NCBI RefSeq assembly: GCF_001194135.2
Contig: NC_068995.1
Coordinates: forward strand, 29,051,472 to 29,115,471
Length of the DNA: 64,000 nucleotides
DNA from: Octopus bimaculoides
Taxonomy: Eukaryota
Reading direction: 5' to 3'
Position numbers and translations under genes: made by a program. Within the stretch, counting starts at the first letter, position 1. Every line of letters begins with the position of its first letter. This document shows positions 13,600 to 25,860 of the stretch, piece by piece. A model generated the notes under the pieces. That model was not told the origin of the DNA. It saw only the letters and a program-made list of their open reading frames with translations, and ran no database searches.

Positions 13600-14700
13600 G
13601 TTCAGTTACAAGCATGGTGAGTAGACGTGTTGTAAGTAGACCTTAAAAGTGGAGAGAGTGGGTGTAGAAAGCGTCTTAGGACCCATTTTTTTACGATTTT
13701 GAGATCATCGCTTCTCTTACTCGGCTGAGAAATAGACGTGGAATGTCGACACTATTTCTGAATAACCTGGGCCTTGAGATACGGTAGATCTTTCTGGAGT
13801 CGAACAATAGGTTTGTATTCCTGATCGTGAACAATAGCAGTGATGATGTATAGTGACTAGTCATCATATATTCCTTGACTGGAGCAGGGCAGCCAGATTT
13901 ATTCAGGCGTCTGAAAGTTTTCCTGGAAACCTCTCGCTCTTCAGTGCTAGTGGGCAATTGGAACACCATTTTGGAGGCACGCCTGGGTTGTATGGGGTTA
14001 TCTGATAGGAGAAGAGGATATATTAGCCGCGTAAACCAGTTTAGTCAATTCAAAACTGGTTGACAGATTGATTTCTCTAATGTACCAATTTTGACATGGG
14101 TGAACGGCACCGGGATACCCAGATTGTATCCAGATAAAGTAATCTGTAAACCAGCAGATAACTGTCACGTAGGTTGTCCACAGTTCAAAGTAGTCAAATA
14201 TACAAAACGCAAATTTGTGATTTATTTGGTCGACCGTACTGGAAACTACACGCGTCTTTTCCGGTGCGCCAAGTTTACAGTGACGGGATTACAGAACTAG
14301 TTAAAAGGGAGTTGACAGGGTCAACCGGTTAAGGTTAACTCTGAACAGGGCTATTAGATTAGAACTGATAAGGTTTAATAAGGAAGTAGTGATAGAATAG
14401 AGGAAGAACTAATCAGTAACCTAGAAGCGGTAATTAGGAAATACATTGCGGCTTGCGCAGTGACTAATTGTTCTACGCTAAACACGAAGGCTGTATTGCC
14501 AGGGTTAGGGCACATGCTCTAAGGCATGAGAAAATGAAAGCCGTTCGATGAGCACGAATCATGAGGCACAACGTGGCATCAAAGCCACAATTCAGTTTTT
14601 GAGGGATCGAGCGAGGCACATGCTACGAGATTCCTAGCATATGTGCAACTTTTCAGTGATGTTTCGCTCAACTGATTGAGGCAGACAGTGGACTGAAATC
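13600..14700 (+). mobile_element. Degenerate Tx1/L1-type LINE ORF2 fragment (APE endonuclease)
   Basis: LVIIYSLTGAGQPDLFRRLKVFLETSRSSVLVGNWNTIL (VYAP..GDWN-like) and TWVNGTGIPRLYPDKVIC (TW..SxLDRV-like). Confidence 0.7.
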
Positions 14701-15489
14701 CAAGGGTGAACTTTATCACCTACCTCAGCGCTGGATTTAACCATTATGTAAAATAAGCATTTGCTTAGGGTATCAAAGGAAGGGGACACCACAGAAGTGG
14801 TAAATGATTTAGGGCACGAATGAAATCACTTTTAACTATATTCAGTATAGAGGCAGATGTGTTACATGAGATTAATATCTCATTAAACTTTTCTAATATA
14901 AATAACGTGGAAGTATACAAAAATAAACATTATTTTCCATCTTACTGTTAGTCTTGTTCCATTTTGAAAAATACAAATTTATTTTGTGTTTTTTTTTATT
15001 GTTTATATTATGAATTACAAATATATGGGGGCACTAAAATCTTTTAAATGCTTAGTGCCTCTATGGGACTAGATTCAACCCTGGCCTACCATGACGACCT
15101 GCTGCCTACAGAGCTCAGGGAAAGGTCAATAACTGTATGATTAAAACGTACGCTTCGAAACTATGTGGTTCTGGGTTTAGTTCCATTGGGCACCTACATT
15201 TACAACACAAAAGAAATCATTTTAAATTTGCTAAAACTATATTCGGCATGTGTTACGTAAGATTAATTTTGAGAATCCGATTAAAGACTTTGTAATTAAA
15301 AACAATTAGGAGAAAACTTTAGCCTCAAGTGTTATGTCTTCAGTGAAATTTAGTAGACAAAATTGCGCATCTAATTTTTCCAATGGCCCAATCATCTTCA
15401 ACAGCCCTTTGACAATCAGAATGAGAAATTTGATGCATTTCTGAAGGTGTTTCTTTGTCTTTTCTACTTAAGTTATTACTCTTGGGAGG

Positions 15490-15490
15490 G

Positions 15491-15522
<32 letters not shown>

Positions 15523-15767
15523 TGTATGTATGTATGTATGTATGTATGTATGTATATGGTATCCAAATATCGACTGTAATATGAAACATCATTAAATGAC
15601 CTTTATGGATGGTGCTATTAAGTTAGGCATGGAATGGGCCTCGTCTGATCGAAACTTATCTAAGTATGTATATTTATTGCACATACATACATACACACAT
15701 GCATACATACATGCATACGTACATACATGCATATAAAGAATAAAGAGTTTAGACTGGTACAACAATG

Positions 15768-15822
<55 letters not shown>

Positions 15823-16075
15823 CAAATACTCACACAAATACACATATACATTCGTACGTTCATATGTATGCATGTACGTACGTATGTATGTATGTATGTA
15901 AGTATGTATGTGTGTATGTGTGTATGTGTGTATTAATGTATGCATGTAGGTATGTGTCTGTCTGTGTCAAACTGCCTGCCTGCCTGCCTGTCTGTCTGTC
16001 TGTATGTATGTATGTATGTTTGTATGTATGTATGTATGTATGTATGTATGTATGTATGCATGTATGTATGTATGC
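15490..16075. repeat. Cluster of (TATG)n, (TA)n and (TGTC)n microsatellites
   Basis: Direct observation. Confidence 0.9.
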
Positions 16076-16276
16076 ATGTGCAATAAATTCACATACTTCA
16101 TTCACAAGTTCCCATTTGAAAAGAATCAAATACCACCAGAAGTAGTTTTTTTTTCCTACTAAACCTGATCGTATTTTTTATTCTTCATTGAAGGCACCCT
16201 GCCGTTCTTTGAGATTTGGCCTCTGTCGACTGCAGGCCATCTATCAGCACAGTAGGATGTATCACGCCCCACTGAC

Positions 16277-16363
16277 CTGAGATGGCTTTACGGCCAGCTC
16301 TCTCATCAACATTGCCACTCCCATATATTTTTCTCTGCTCTCCCGTAGTTTTAGATTAATGGC
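16277..16363 (-). CDS. Candidate exon of putative gene 2 (AINLKLRESREKYMGVAMLMRELAVKPSQ)
   Basis: 87 nt; long pyrimidine tract CTTCTTCCCTCTTCTGTTCCTTGCGTTCGTTAAG, donor CAG|GTCAGT; only phase 0 is open. Confidence 0.5.
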
Positions 16364-16595
16364 CTTAACGAACGCAAGGAACAGAAGAGGGAAGAAGGTT
16401 CATTTGGCACAATAGACTGGACAAAAACATTGCTCATAGATACTATGTACTTCGTATACATGTTCTATAGAGATATGCTAAATGATGCATGTTTCAGATA
16501 CCGATAAGCGTACACTCACATCACACAGAGAAGCCTATACACATACATACATGCATACGTACATGCAGGGATGTGTATGTTTGTAAGTGTTTGTT

Positions 16596-16643
<48 letters not shown>

Positions 16644-16761
16644 CATTCATATTAGATACCGGCAGGCAGTGTGTTCGAAATTCAAAACTTTTTCACTATA
16701 CCACTTGTATACACACGCGTGCACGCGCATTCCCACACACATGTACATATACATACATATA

Positions 16762-16914
16762 TTCTGTTTCAGTTATTGGACTGCGACCAGGATGGAGCAC
16801 TTACTTGATGGAAGGATTAATGGCAAAGTTAACCTCGGTGAGATTGGAACTCAGAACGAAATGAGTGGGAACAAATACCGCAATGCATTATGTCCGGTGC
16901 TCAAACGATTCTTC
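16762..16914 (-). mobile_element. SINE family B body joined to a family A-type 3' tail
   Basis: B-like GAGTTCCAATCTCACCGAGGTTAACTTTGCC followed by GTGCTCCATCCTGGTCGCAGTCCAATAACTGAAACAG, similar to the family A tail. Confidence 0.6.
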
Positions 16915-17595
16915 NNNNNNNNNNNNNNNNNNNNNNNNNNNNNNNNNNNNNNNNNNNNNNNNNNNNNNNNNNNNNNNNNNNNNNNNNNNNNNNNNNNNNN
17001 NNNNNNNNNNNNNNNNNNNNNNNNNNNNNNNNNNNNNNNNNNNNNNNNNNNNNNNNNNNNNNNNNNNNNNNNNNNNNNNNNNNNNNNNNNNNNNNNNNNN
17101 NNNNNNNNNNNNNNNNNNNNNNNNNNNNNNNNNNNNNNNNNNNNNNNNNNNNNNNNNNNNNNNNNNNNNNNNNNNNNNNNNNNNNNNNNNNNNNNNNNNN
17201 NNNNNNNNNNNNNNNNNNNNNNNNNNNNNNNNNNNNNNNNNNNNNNNNNNNNNNNNNNNNNNNNNNNNNNNNNNNNNNNNNNNNNNNNNNNNNNNNNNNN
17301 NNNNNNNNNNNNNNNNNNNNNNNNNNNNNNNNNNNNNNNNNNNNNNNNNNNNNNNNNNNNNNNNNNNNNNNNNNNNNNNNNNNNNNNNNNNNNNNNNNNN
17401 NNNNNNNNNNNNNNNNNNNNNNNNNNNNNNNNNNNNNNNNNNNNNNNNNNNNNNNNNNNNNNNNNNNNNNNNNNNNNNNNNNNNNNNNNNNNNNNNNNNN
17501 NNNNNNNNNNNNNNNNNNNNNNNNNNNNNNNNNNNNNNNNNNNNNNNNNNNNNNNNNNNNNNNNNNNNNNNNNNNNNNNNNGTATATATATGTAT

Positions 17596-17775
17596 ATGTT
17601 TGTGTGTCTGTGTGTTTCCCCCACCATCGCTTGACAACTGATGTTGGTGTATTCACGTCCCTGTAACATAGCGATTCGGCAAAAAGATACCGATAGAATA
17701 AGTATTAGATTTAGAAAAAATAAGTCTGCGGTTCGATTTCTTGGTCGCAGTCAAATGACTGAAACAACTAAAAGT
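17596..17775 (+). mobile_element. SINE family A, 3' half
   Basis: Matches 62180-62379 (CATCGCTTGACAAC...GCAGTCAAATGACTGAAACAA). Confidence 0.8.
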
Positions 17776-17779
17776 AGTA

Positions 17780-18489
17780 ATTTTATTTTTTCCACATTCT
17801 TAGTTCGAGTTTAACAGTTATTTTTTCAAAACTATAATGGAAGTGACAAAGAGCATATTTGGCATATTTTGCTTTATGAGTGATTCCAGAAATTCCGAAC
17901 CGGAAACTACAGCCTAGAGGACGAACCTCGTTCCGGAAGATCTGTAGAGCTCGACGAGGACGTCCTCCAAACCGTGGTGGAACAAAATCCCATCGTAACT
18001 GTTGAAGAACGAGCAGAGAAGTTTGGATTTGGACATTCAACCATTCATCGACACCTGCGTGCCATCGGAAAAGTCAGCAAATTGGTTTCAAGACGAAAAA
18101 TGTTCTTCCATAAGGATAATGCTCGGTCACATACAGCTAGGATGGAATTCCAAAGGCTGGAGCAGTTTGAATGGGAAACGGTGCCCTACCCACCATATTC
18201 ACGAGACATTGCCCCATCTGATTATCATTTATTCTGCAGTTTTCAAAAACATTTGGAAGGAAAAAATATGAATTCTGTAGACAAGGTCAGAACAGTATTG
18301 GAGGAGTACCTTTCGTCACGGACAAGTGAATTATGGAAGAGGGGCCTTGCAAGTCTACCAGATAAATAGAAGAGCACTCTAGAAAGTGAAGAAGAGTATA
18401 TTTTAGATAAAAAAAGAGAGAACTTTGTTTATCGTAATTTTGAAAAATAAAAGAAGTAATAAAAAAATGCATTATTTTTGGGATGACCC

Positions 18490-18495
<6 letters not shown>
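17780..18495 (+). mobile_element. Internally deleted mariner transposon
   Basis: SLEDEPRSGR, HKDNARSHTA and PPYSRDIAPSDYHLF motifs; right TIR ATTATTTTTGGGATGACCCATTATA runs into (TA)n. Confidence 0.9.
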
Positions 18496-18524
<29 letters not shown>

Positions 18525-18544
18525 ATATTAAGATAAGCAAGGAA

Positions 18545-19511
18545 TGTGTTCAACGTGTCGGGAGAGATATAAATAAATGAAAAGCGGCAGGCCCAGATGG
18601 TGGGAAGCTGGTGGTGAGTTCAAGGAAAGAAAAACTAAGCTCAAACATCTAATTTTTATGGACTACTTGAAGCTTTATGGGAGGGACGAAAACCAGATGA
18701 ATTCACTAAATCACGCAGTGCATTCCTTTAGCGTTGATATTAGAAAGAAATTTGACTGTAAAAGAGTGTGCTGGTTCTAAAAAGTCCAAGTGGTTAGTGT
18801 GAAAGTACCCACGGGAGGTAATGAAGAGGATTGACAAGTAGGGATACAAGTATTTGGGAATTTTTGAAGTAGATGAAATGATGAAAAGCCTAATGAAGAA
18901 GTTGAGATTGATTTTGAAAACTAATCTGAATGGAAGATTTAAGCAAAAAAGCCACTGGAAACCTGAAACGGAAGCCTTAATATTCACAGTCCAGGAATAA
19001 GTTGAGAACAGACTTACATCAAACACAGAATTGACCATTCTGCAGAATCTGGCAAATACGGAATGTATAGTGAAATCGAGAGACAGTATGGCATATTTTC
19101 AGCGAATGCAGCAAAATGACTTCATGTCTTAATGTGATTATGGAATCGAATAACAGAAGCCCAATATTGTTCTGGGAGAAAAAAAAAAGAGGAAAGTCTT
19201 GCCTGATTATAAGATATCGCTTTCTCTGGAGACAGCAGAATCTCTGAAAAAGGAGAAAAACTGACGAGACATAAAGCTCTGAAGAGAGAGAGAAAAAAAG
19301 ACTATGGTCGTATCAATAATAGCTGTTTATGTATAGGTCAAAGAAATTAAAAATAGGGCGGAAAGATTGGCATAAAAATGTAAATAGAGCACATTTAGAA
19401 AGTAGCATTACTTAGCGAAATATTAGAGACTTGCAAAGAACATACCGCTTTAGTTCATGAGAAGCAAACAGCCGGTACGTAAACAGCACCTTCGAAAACA
19501 AGCTGTGTAGA
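18545..19511 (+). mobile_element. Degenerate RLE-encoding (R4/Dong-like) LINE, 3' part, ending in (AAT)n
   Basis: KHLIFMDYLKLYG (HLLFMDDLKLY-like RT motif), GYKYLGI, ETEALIF..QE, a decayed CCHC knuckle and PD..D-type nuclease remnants. Confidence 0.75.
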
Positions 19512-19848
<337 letters not shown>

Positions 19849-19849
19849 C

Positions 19850-20030
19850 AACAATTGAGGTATGCGTTTTAAGGTTACCACCAACCAGATGGCAGCAATA
19901 CTTGGAACAGCTCGTGTGTTGAGGAAAGTACTGCGTCTCTAAGCTGCAGGGTGGAGCTGAGACGTGACATAGATATAGATAAATCAGTTAAGTGAATAAA
20001 AATAAAAATGATAAAAAGGATAATAAAGGA
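19850..20030 (+). mobile_element. Second 3' end of an RLE LINE of the (AAT)-associated type
   Basis: QMAAILGTARVLRKVLRL* C-terminus followed by a short 3' UTR and degenerate AAT tail. Confidence 0.65.
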
Positions 20031-21292
20031 AAGTAGGAATGAAACCTAAACATTCTATTCAATGAAAACAAGCGCCATAAACAGATAAAAACTTATGCAT
20101 CTAATAAATCGCACTAAACATTCTACATTTATAGTGCAAACCGCCTAAGATTTTATATTCGTAATTCATATGCATACAAGCGAATGTCATTTGTGGTTGA
20201 ATAAGACGCTTTGAAATAGGAGGTGGTATAGTTGGTGAAGAATTTTTTTTAAAGGGTAAGTGCTGCTTTGACAATAACCAGACAGTTGCTAACAGTCATA
20301 TATCAAAATATAACAACGAGGTTCTCACAATCAGCAGCTTTCCTCCTTTCTGTTTAGAAATTTATATTCTCCGGAGTAGATCAAACCTTAAGGTCTTACG
20401 CAGCAACAAATCCAAATTAATGTACACAAATATTCACACACTTGCATACATATACAAGCACACACACATATAAGACAAATAACATATATGTATGAATGGA
20501 TGCATACTGAGTTAGATAGCAAGTAAAGAAGTAAAAAAAAAACACTTTAGGTATAATAGAAAACCAGTAGCCCAAGAGATAAAAATATCAAATAAAGAAA
20601 TGGAAAACAAGTTCGCTGGTCGGACAATTAATGATGGAATTAAATACCTTGTCAGTCAGATTAGATACGTTAGAATTTCTTACAGAGTAGCTCGACCCAC
20701 AAAAATTTCATATCTGTTTTTCCAAGACTCTCTCTTCTCTTGTAAACTTTCATTGCGTTTTCTTTAATCTATATTTCTTCTCCACTTTTCCCTTACGTAC
20801 GGTTTAATTCTCTTTTGTCGTACACATTCCTTTTAGCTTCTCGTAAGTCGTCTATTGCTACACTTATTTTACAAAATCAAAAGAAATAAAAGGTTAGTAG
20901 CAGAGAGCAATTACTTGCACTAAGACACACACATTAAATAATTAAGGTTTCATGAAAACAATTTTTTTTTTATTCATTTGGAAAGAAATTACATTCATCA
21001 CAGTTACGTCCTTACCATTAACTACTACAGCCAGCATTCAACCCCACCACTTTGATATATTTACCTTTCACTCTACTGCATAAATTTTCTTTCTTATAAT
21101 CCTTCCAATTTAACAGCAAACAGCTACAATGTGCATGATCATATTCTGTATAGCATTCCTTATTCCTCCTCTCTCCCATTCACTGTTATCACCTCCTTCA
21201 GAATGGAGCGTCAGTAGAAAGTAACTAAAGAATAAAACTTCGAACAAAGTTTTAATTTAAAGCAGTAAAGTTTTAATTAAATATTCTGTTGA

Positions 21293-21297
21293 ACACA

Positions 21298-21382
<85 letters not shown>

Positions 21383-21440
21383 ACACACACACACACGTAC
21401 ACACACATACATACATTCATACACACATACATACATACTT
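21293..21440. repeat. (CA)n/(CATA)n microsatellite
   Basis: Direct observation. Confidence 0.95.
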
Positions 21441-21494
21441 GGAATTTACAAAAGACAAAAAACGAAGACAGGTGTGTAAACATAAAACAAGTGT

Positions 21495-21870
21495 ATTAGT
21501 TTACTCGGGAAAGTGAGAAAGTCTTTTACGTTTCGAGCCTACGCTCTTCAACAGAAAGGAACACAAAAAAGAGAGAATAAAAAGAGAAAGCTTTAGTAGC
21601 TGGCGGTCAATCATGGGGATGGCCGGACAGAGGTGGTCAGACAGGAGAGCTAGGAAGAAGGGGAGATAATAAAGTTGTGGTGATCCCAAAACGAAGGTGC
21701 GCGTGCGTGTGTATGTGAGAGCGTACGTGTGCGTGTGGTTAGGGGCTGGGGACCTTGACGTCTGGGTGTGTGCATGTGTAGGTGTGTAGATGATGGTGTG
21801 GGTACTGGGACGTGGTCAATGCTAATGTGTGCAGGATAGTGGGATGTGGTATGGTGGTGTGGGAATGTCC
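21495..21870 (-). mobile_element. Penelope-like terminal (pLTR) fragment
   Basis: Purine-rich, GT-rich segment like the P1 copies; carries a hammerhead-type motif as known for PLE terminal repeats. Confidence 0.55.
21523..21558 (-). ncRNA. Minimal type I hammerhead ribozyme motif with variant core CUGUUGA
   Basis: CTTT-CTGTTGA-A-GAGC(GTAG)GCTC-GAAA-CGTA-AAAG: helix I CTTT/AAAG, 4-bp helix II, GAAA, palindromic ACGT helix III, predicted cut after GUA at 21527. Confidence 0.55.
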
Positions 21871-22245
21871 CAGTGAAGACCTCTATGAAATGTAAGCACA
21901 ATAGACCTGATAATATGATTTAGGATAGAGAAGAGAAACTGTGCAGAGTTTTGGAAATTAGCTGCTCAGTGGACGTTAATATAAAGTTGAAGATCAGTGA
22001 AAAGGAGAATACTTGCACTGAACCTTTGAGAAATCTGCAGTTACTCTGTTCAGATTACAAGTTCAGGTTTATATCTGTAATTATTAGGAGCCTGGGATAT
22101 GTAACACATTGCGTAAATACCAATCTTGAGAAATTAGGCTTCTCAAAACCAGAAAGGAGAAAGCAAATTCGAAGACTACAGATCCAATCCATCCCTGGAA
22201 CAGTAAAATCTGTAAAACTTTCCAGAAGTTTATCATTTAAATATA
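21870..22245 (+). mobile_element. RLE-encoding LINE 3' end, (CATA)-associated family
   Basis: KHNRPD..EISCSVDVNIKLKISEKEN..IQSIPGTVK; same family as 59215-59960; (CATA)n follows at about 22318. Confidence 0.75.
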
Positions 22246-22929
22246 TATGAGCATGTTTAGATATGCAACTATATGCATGAGAATACACACATAAAGCAAA
22301 GCATACAAATATGCACATATACATACATACATACATACATGTACTAACGTATATACATGCATACATGTTATTGACGCGCATGTGCAGAAAATCGGAGTGT
22401 GGCATCGAGTACGTAGTCTCAGTCATAGTCTCATTAGTATACTTGCAGGATATACTGTGTTGTGATCATATGTGTAATGTGATGAGAAGTCTAAGTAATG
22501 CGTGTGTGTAATACATATATATACAAATATATCTATGTATACTCTCACACACACACACACTCGCATATATTTATGTGTGCTCGCATTTGTGCATGTGTGT
22601 GAGACTATGTATAAGCATATGCATTTAACAAAATAACTATATATCTTAGCTGGACATAGTGTGTCGTACTATAGGAAATCAGAATTAACATTTTTAAAGA
22701 ATATAATCATATTTAGAAAGTAATGCATTTAATTCGAAACAATTCAAATTGCTATTTCTAAATTTAGACGCAAATATAATGTTTATGATTAATTTACTGT
22801 AGTAAATGGTGTATAGAACAGATCTTTTAATAAAGGAAAACCTGAAATATGCTAGTAGAACATTATTTTTCTATCTCATCAGAAATGTCACTGTAGTTTG
22901 GCAAATGTCACTTGATAAGAATTATATTG

Positions 22930-23080
22930 GTTTCAAAATTTGGCACATGGTCAACTGGTACTTGTTTTATCGACCCCAAAAGGATGAAAGGCAATGCCGG
23001 CCTTGGGGGAATTTGAACTCAGAATGAAATGCCAGTAAGCATTTGACCGGCGTGCTAACAATTCTGCCAACTCGCCGCCT
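22930..23080 (-). mobile_element. SINE family B
   Basis: ATCGACCCCAAAAGGATGAAAGGC...CGGCGTGCTAACAATTCTGCCAACTCGCCGCC. Confidence 0.8.
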
Positions 23081-24116
23081 TGACTTGATATAGAATATAT
23101 GAAAAGTAATTTATAACAAAAGTGCTAAGATTGCTGCAGTGTTCAAATTACAAAGATATTGTTCTGTATTTTAAAGCGAATATGGTACAGTCATTTGATG
23201 TTTGCAAACTGGGAACTTGAACACTTATTACGTCACTAGTCTAAAAACTAACGCCTTATATAATAGACGGTAATTCTAAATTTCGATACGCAAAATTAAC
23301 CAAAACATTGGCTTATGACCGAATACTGGTCAACTAACTAATAATTTGAAACTTCCACGTATTTATCGAGAGAGATGTATAGTCATTATAAGTCAACTGA
23401 CTGATTTAGTACATATATCATTAAACCTCAAGGTTGATAAAAGCCAAACTGATAAGCAAAGCGGTTCGAAAGAAAACGATTTAAAGTATTTTGTCTGTCG
23501 CTTTGCTGCTTCTGCTATTGTCTTGTTTTACGTAGGTTTACATATATTATATCATATTTTGGTACTGTGTCGGCCGAGAACCCCGTTGACATGCCGTCGA
23601 TATTAAAGTGTTAAATACTTATGGTATGAAAATTAGTAGCGTTAGCTCTCTGGTGCTGCTGGATTTGTTCTGTATATAAACAGAATAGCTACTTATCTCT
23701 CCAGTGTTGGTTAAATGATGTAGACATCTGTGCTGAAAACAGAACAAGCTGAGAAAATCGATTAAGACTGTTTATCCCTTTTTCAATCTAAGGGGAAATA
23801 GTTAATCTACCATGTTTCGATGGTTCCAATCCTCCGTTGAAATTTCTTTTTATTCACTGATAACATTAAAGCCATCGGGAAACGCATTACAAAACATACC
23901 TAGATTTCTTGATAGCGATGCCAAGTTAAAAATGAAACCATATTTATTTAGGCAAAGAATCATAAGCACATGTGTGCAATAGTGTAATACACAAGATATA
24001 GAAACCATTTCCAAAGTACGTTTTCTACAAATATATAATAAATACACTCCTTATTGCCACAATATCGAGACGAAGAAGATACAGAGAGAGGAATACAATT
24101 TTGTCTTCTGCAATAC

Positions 24117-24168
24117 CAAAAGCGTTTCTTCATTTGACGAGAAAATCTTAGAATATTTTTCTTTCATG
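24117..24168 (-). CDS. Candidate exon of putative gene 2 (MKEKYSKIFSSNEETLL)
   Basis: 52 nt, phase 2 to 0; strong pyrimidine tract ending TTCATTAG, donor TTG|GTATTG. Confidence 0.35.
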
Positions 24169-24438
24169 CTAATGAACAAGAAGATGAGGTGATGTGAAAG
24201 AAATGGAAGGGCACTAGACCTTCTAAGAATAGTACAGTAAACACCGTACATATTTTGTTACCTCGTGGTAATGCAAGAAATCAATAACTGGCAAACTTGT
24301 TTCAACATTCTTTCTCTTTACATGTAGATACTGCACGCATATACACAGAAACATACTCAGGAATACACATACATTCACAAACGCAAGCAGAAGCATAACG
24401 GATGTCTAAATGAGCATTTTGTTGTTTATTCTACTCAC

Positions 24439-24485
24439 CATTTTCTCCTGATTTTATTTGTTCTCTCACCAAGCCATTTATACAT
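24439..24485 (-). CDS. Candidate first coding segment of putative gene 2 (MYKWLGERTNKIRRK)
   Basis: Consensus donor ATG|GTGAGT; the ATG at 24485 is in the frame that joins exon 24117-24168. Confidence 0.3.
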
Positions 24486-25724
24486 ATTTCATTGTACGAA
24501 AAGTTAGTTCCCACAGAGGAATACTTCTTCAGCGAATTAACCAATCACGTTTCAAAATTACATTGCCATCACCGCTGGTCATTCATTTTCCAGCTCATTC
24601 ATCATCGCCGGCTCTTTATAGCACTTCGAATACTTAATAAGTCCCTCCCTATAAATACTATTGCGGAGCAGATTTTAATGGCACATTTTCTCCTTCCAAA
24701 AACAAAACAAAAAACATTCACTAAGCCTCTGGGAAGCCTATCTAAAGTTCTAACTCCACAAACACCAAACTAACTACGCAACTACCAAGGCTATAAGCGT
24801 AAATTTCAACATCGTAATCACAAGCAACATCACAACCGTTTTCACTATCACTACTAACATCACCGCTTTCAAACACTGTAATTTAAACAATCGAGTCGAA
24901 TAATAAACACAAAACTGAACTTGTAAATTACATCCAGATCTATCATAATTGTTAAATATATAAACAAAATTATATCAATGAACAAATAAAACAGTAAAAA
25001 GTGTCGATGGTGGTGGGTAATAACATCGCTTAACTAGCATGCTGGTCATATATTATGACAATGTTGACAAGTGCTAGCTTGGCGGGATGTAAAACGATAA
25101 ATAGTTATAAGGATGATTCTAAATGTTTCCAAGGACGTAAAATCTGCCCTCATAAAAAGAATTTCTTCCCTTACAAAATAAAACTAGATTTCATTCACAA
25201 CCATAAACGTTTTACATGCATCCTAAAATCACTTGTAGCATTGACGATATAAATCTGTCTCTTCAAAAGTTAAATTGTCTACATGACTCACAACCGGTGG
25301 TGTAGCTAATAGGGGAGCGACCGCTTCCACCGAGCACATTTTCAAAATTGGTGCCTTTTCAACAATATTTTAATTCTTTAGTTCTCTTGTACGATAAAAG
25401 TCGAATCTCCTTTTTGTTTTAATTCTATTTATTTTTTATGTTTTTATTAATAGCATGCGTTGGAAGAACTTTCTGGAGTTATTTGACTTGGTGGCCGTTG
25501 ACATCTGAATAACCTAATCAAACACCGATGTCATAACCTTTCGACACTGCACGATCTAGTGGAGCTCCATCTTTTGTACACCACTCCTATATCAGTGGAT
25601 GTAAAATTTATACATAATTAAATTGTTACTGAACCATGAAATTAATGAATATAGAATACAATTACGTATAACTCATAAAATATTTCCCGTAATATAAGAA
25701 AAATGAATTAAGAATTGCTTCCTA

Positions 25725-25760
25725 TAAATCGCGGCGCCATTTTATGTTTGCTTCCGCTAA
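25725..25760 (-). promoter_or_regulatory. Candidate promoter: YY1-like CGCCATTTT and ETS-like CTTCCG in a small CpG cluster
   Basis: CGCCATTTT at 25735-25743 and CTTCCG at 25751-25756 in AT-rich surroundings, about 1.3 kb upstream of the putative gene 2 ATG. Confidence 0.3.
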
Positions 25761-25829
25761 CGTTAGAACCGGACTATGCCTCTACTCACAACACAATGTA
25801 TATGTATTTCTCTTAATCTTAACTTTTTG

Positions 25830-25860
<31 letters not shown>

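Noticed and set aside
16489-17669. Long ORFs of 250-380 aa in the track (also 25776-26822 and 47761-49066)
   Set aside because: They run through N gaps; X residues hide the stops
20648-20870. Charged coiled-coil-like reading on the minus strand
   Set aside because: Needs several stops and a frameshift; no coherent exon or family
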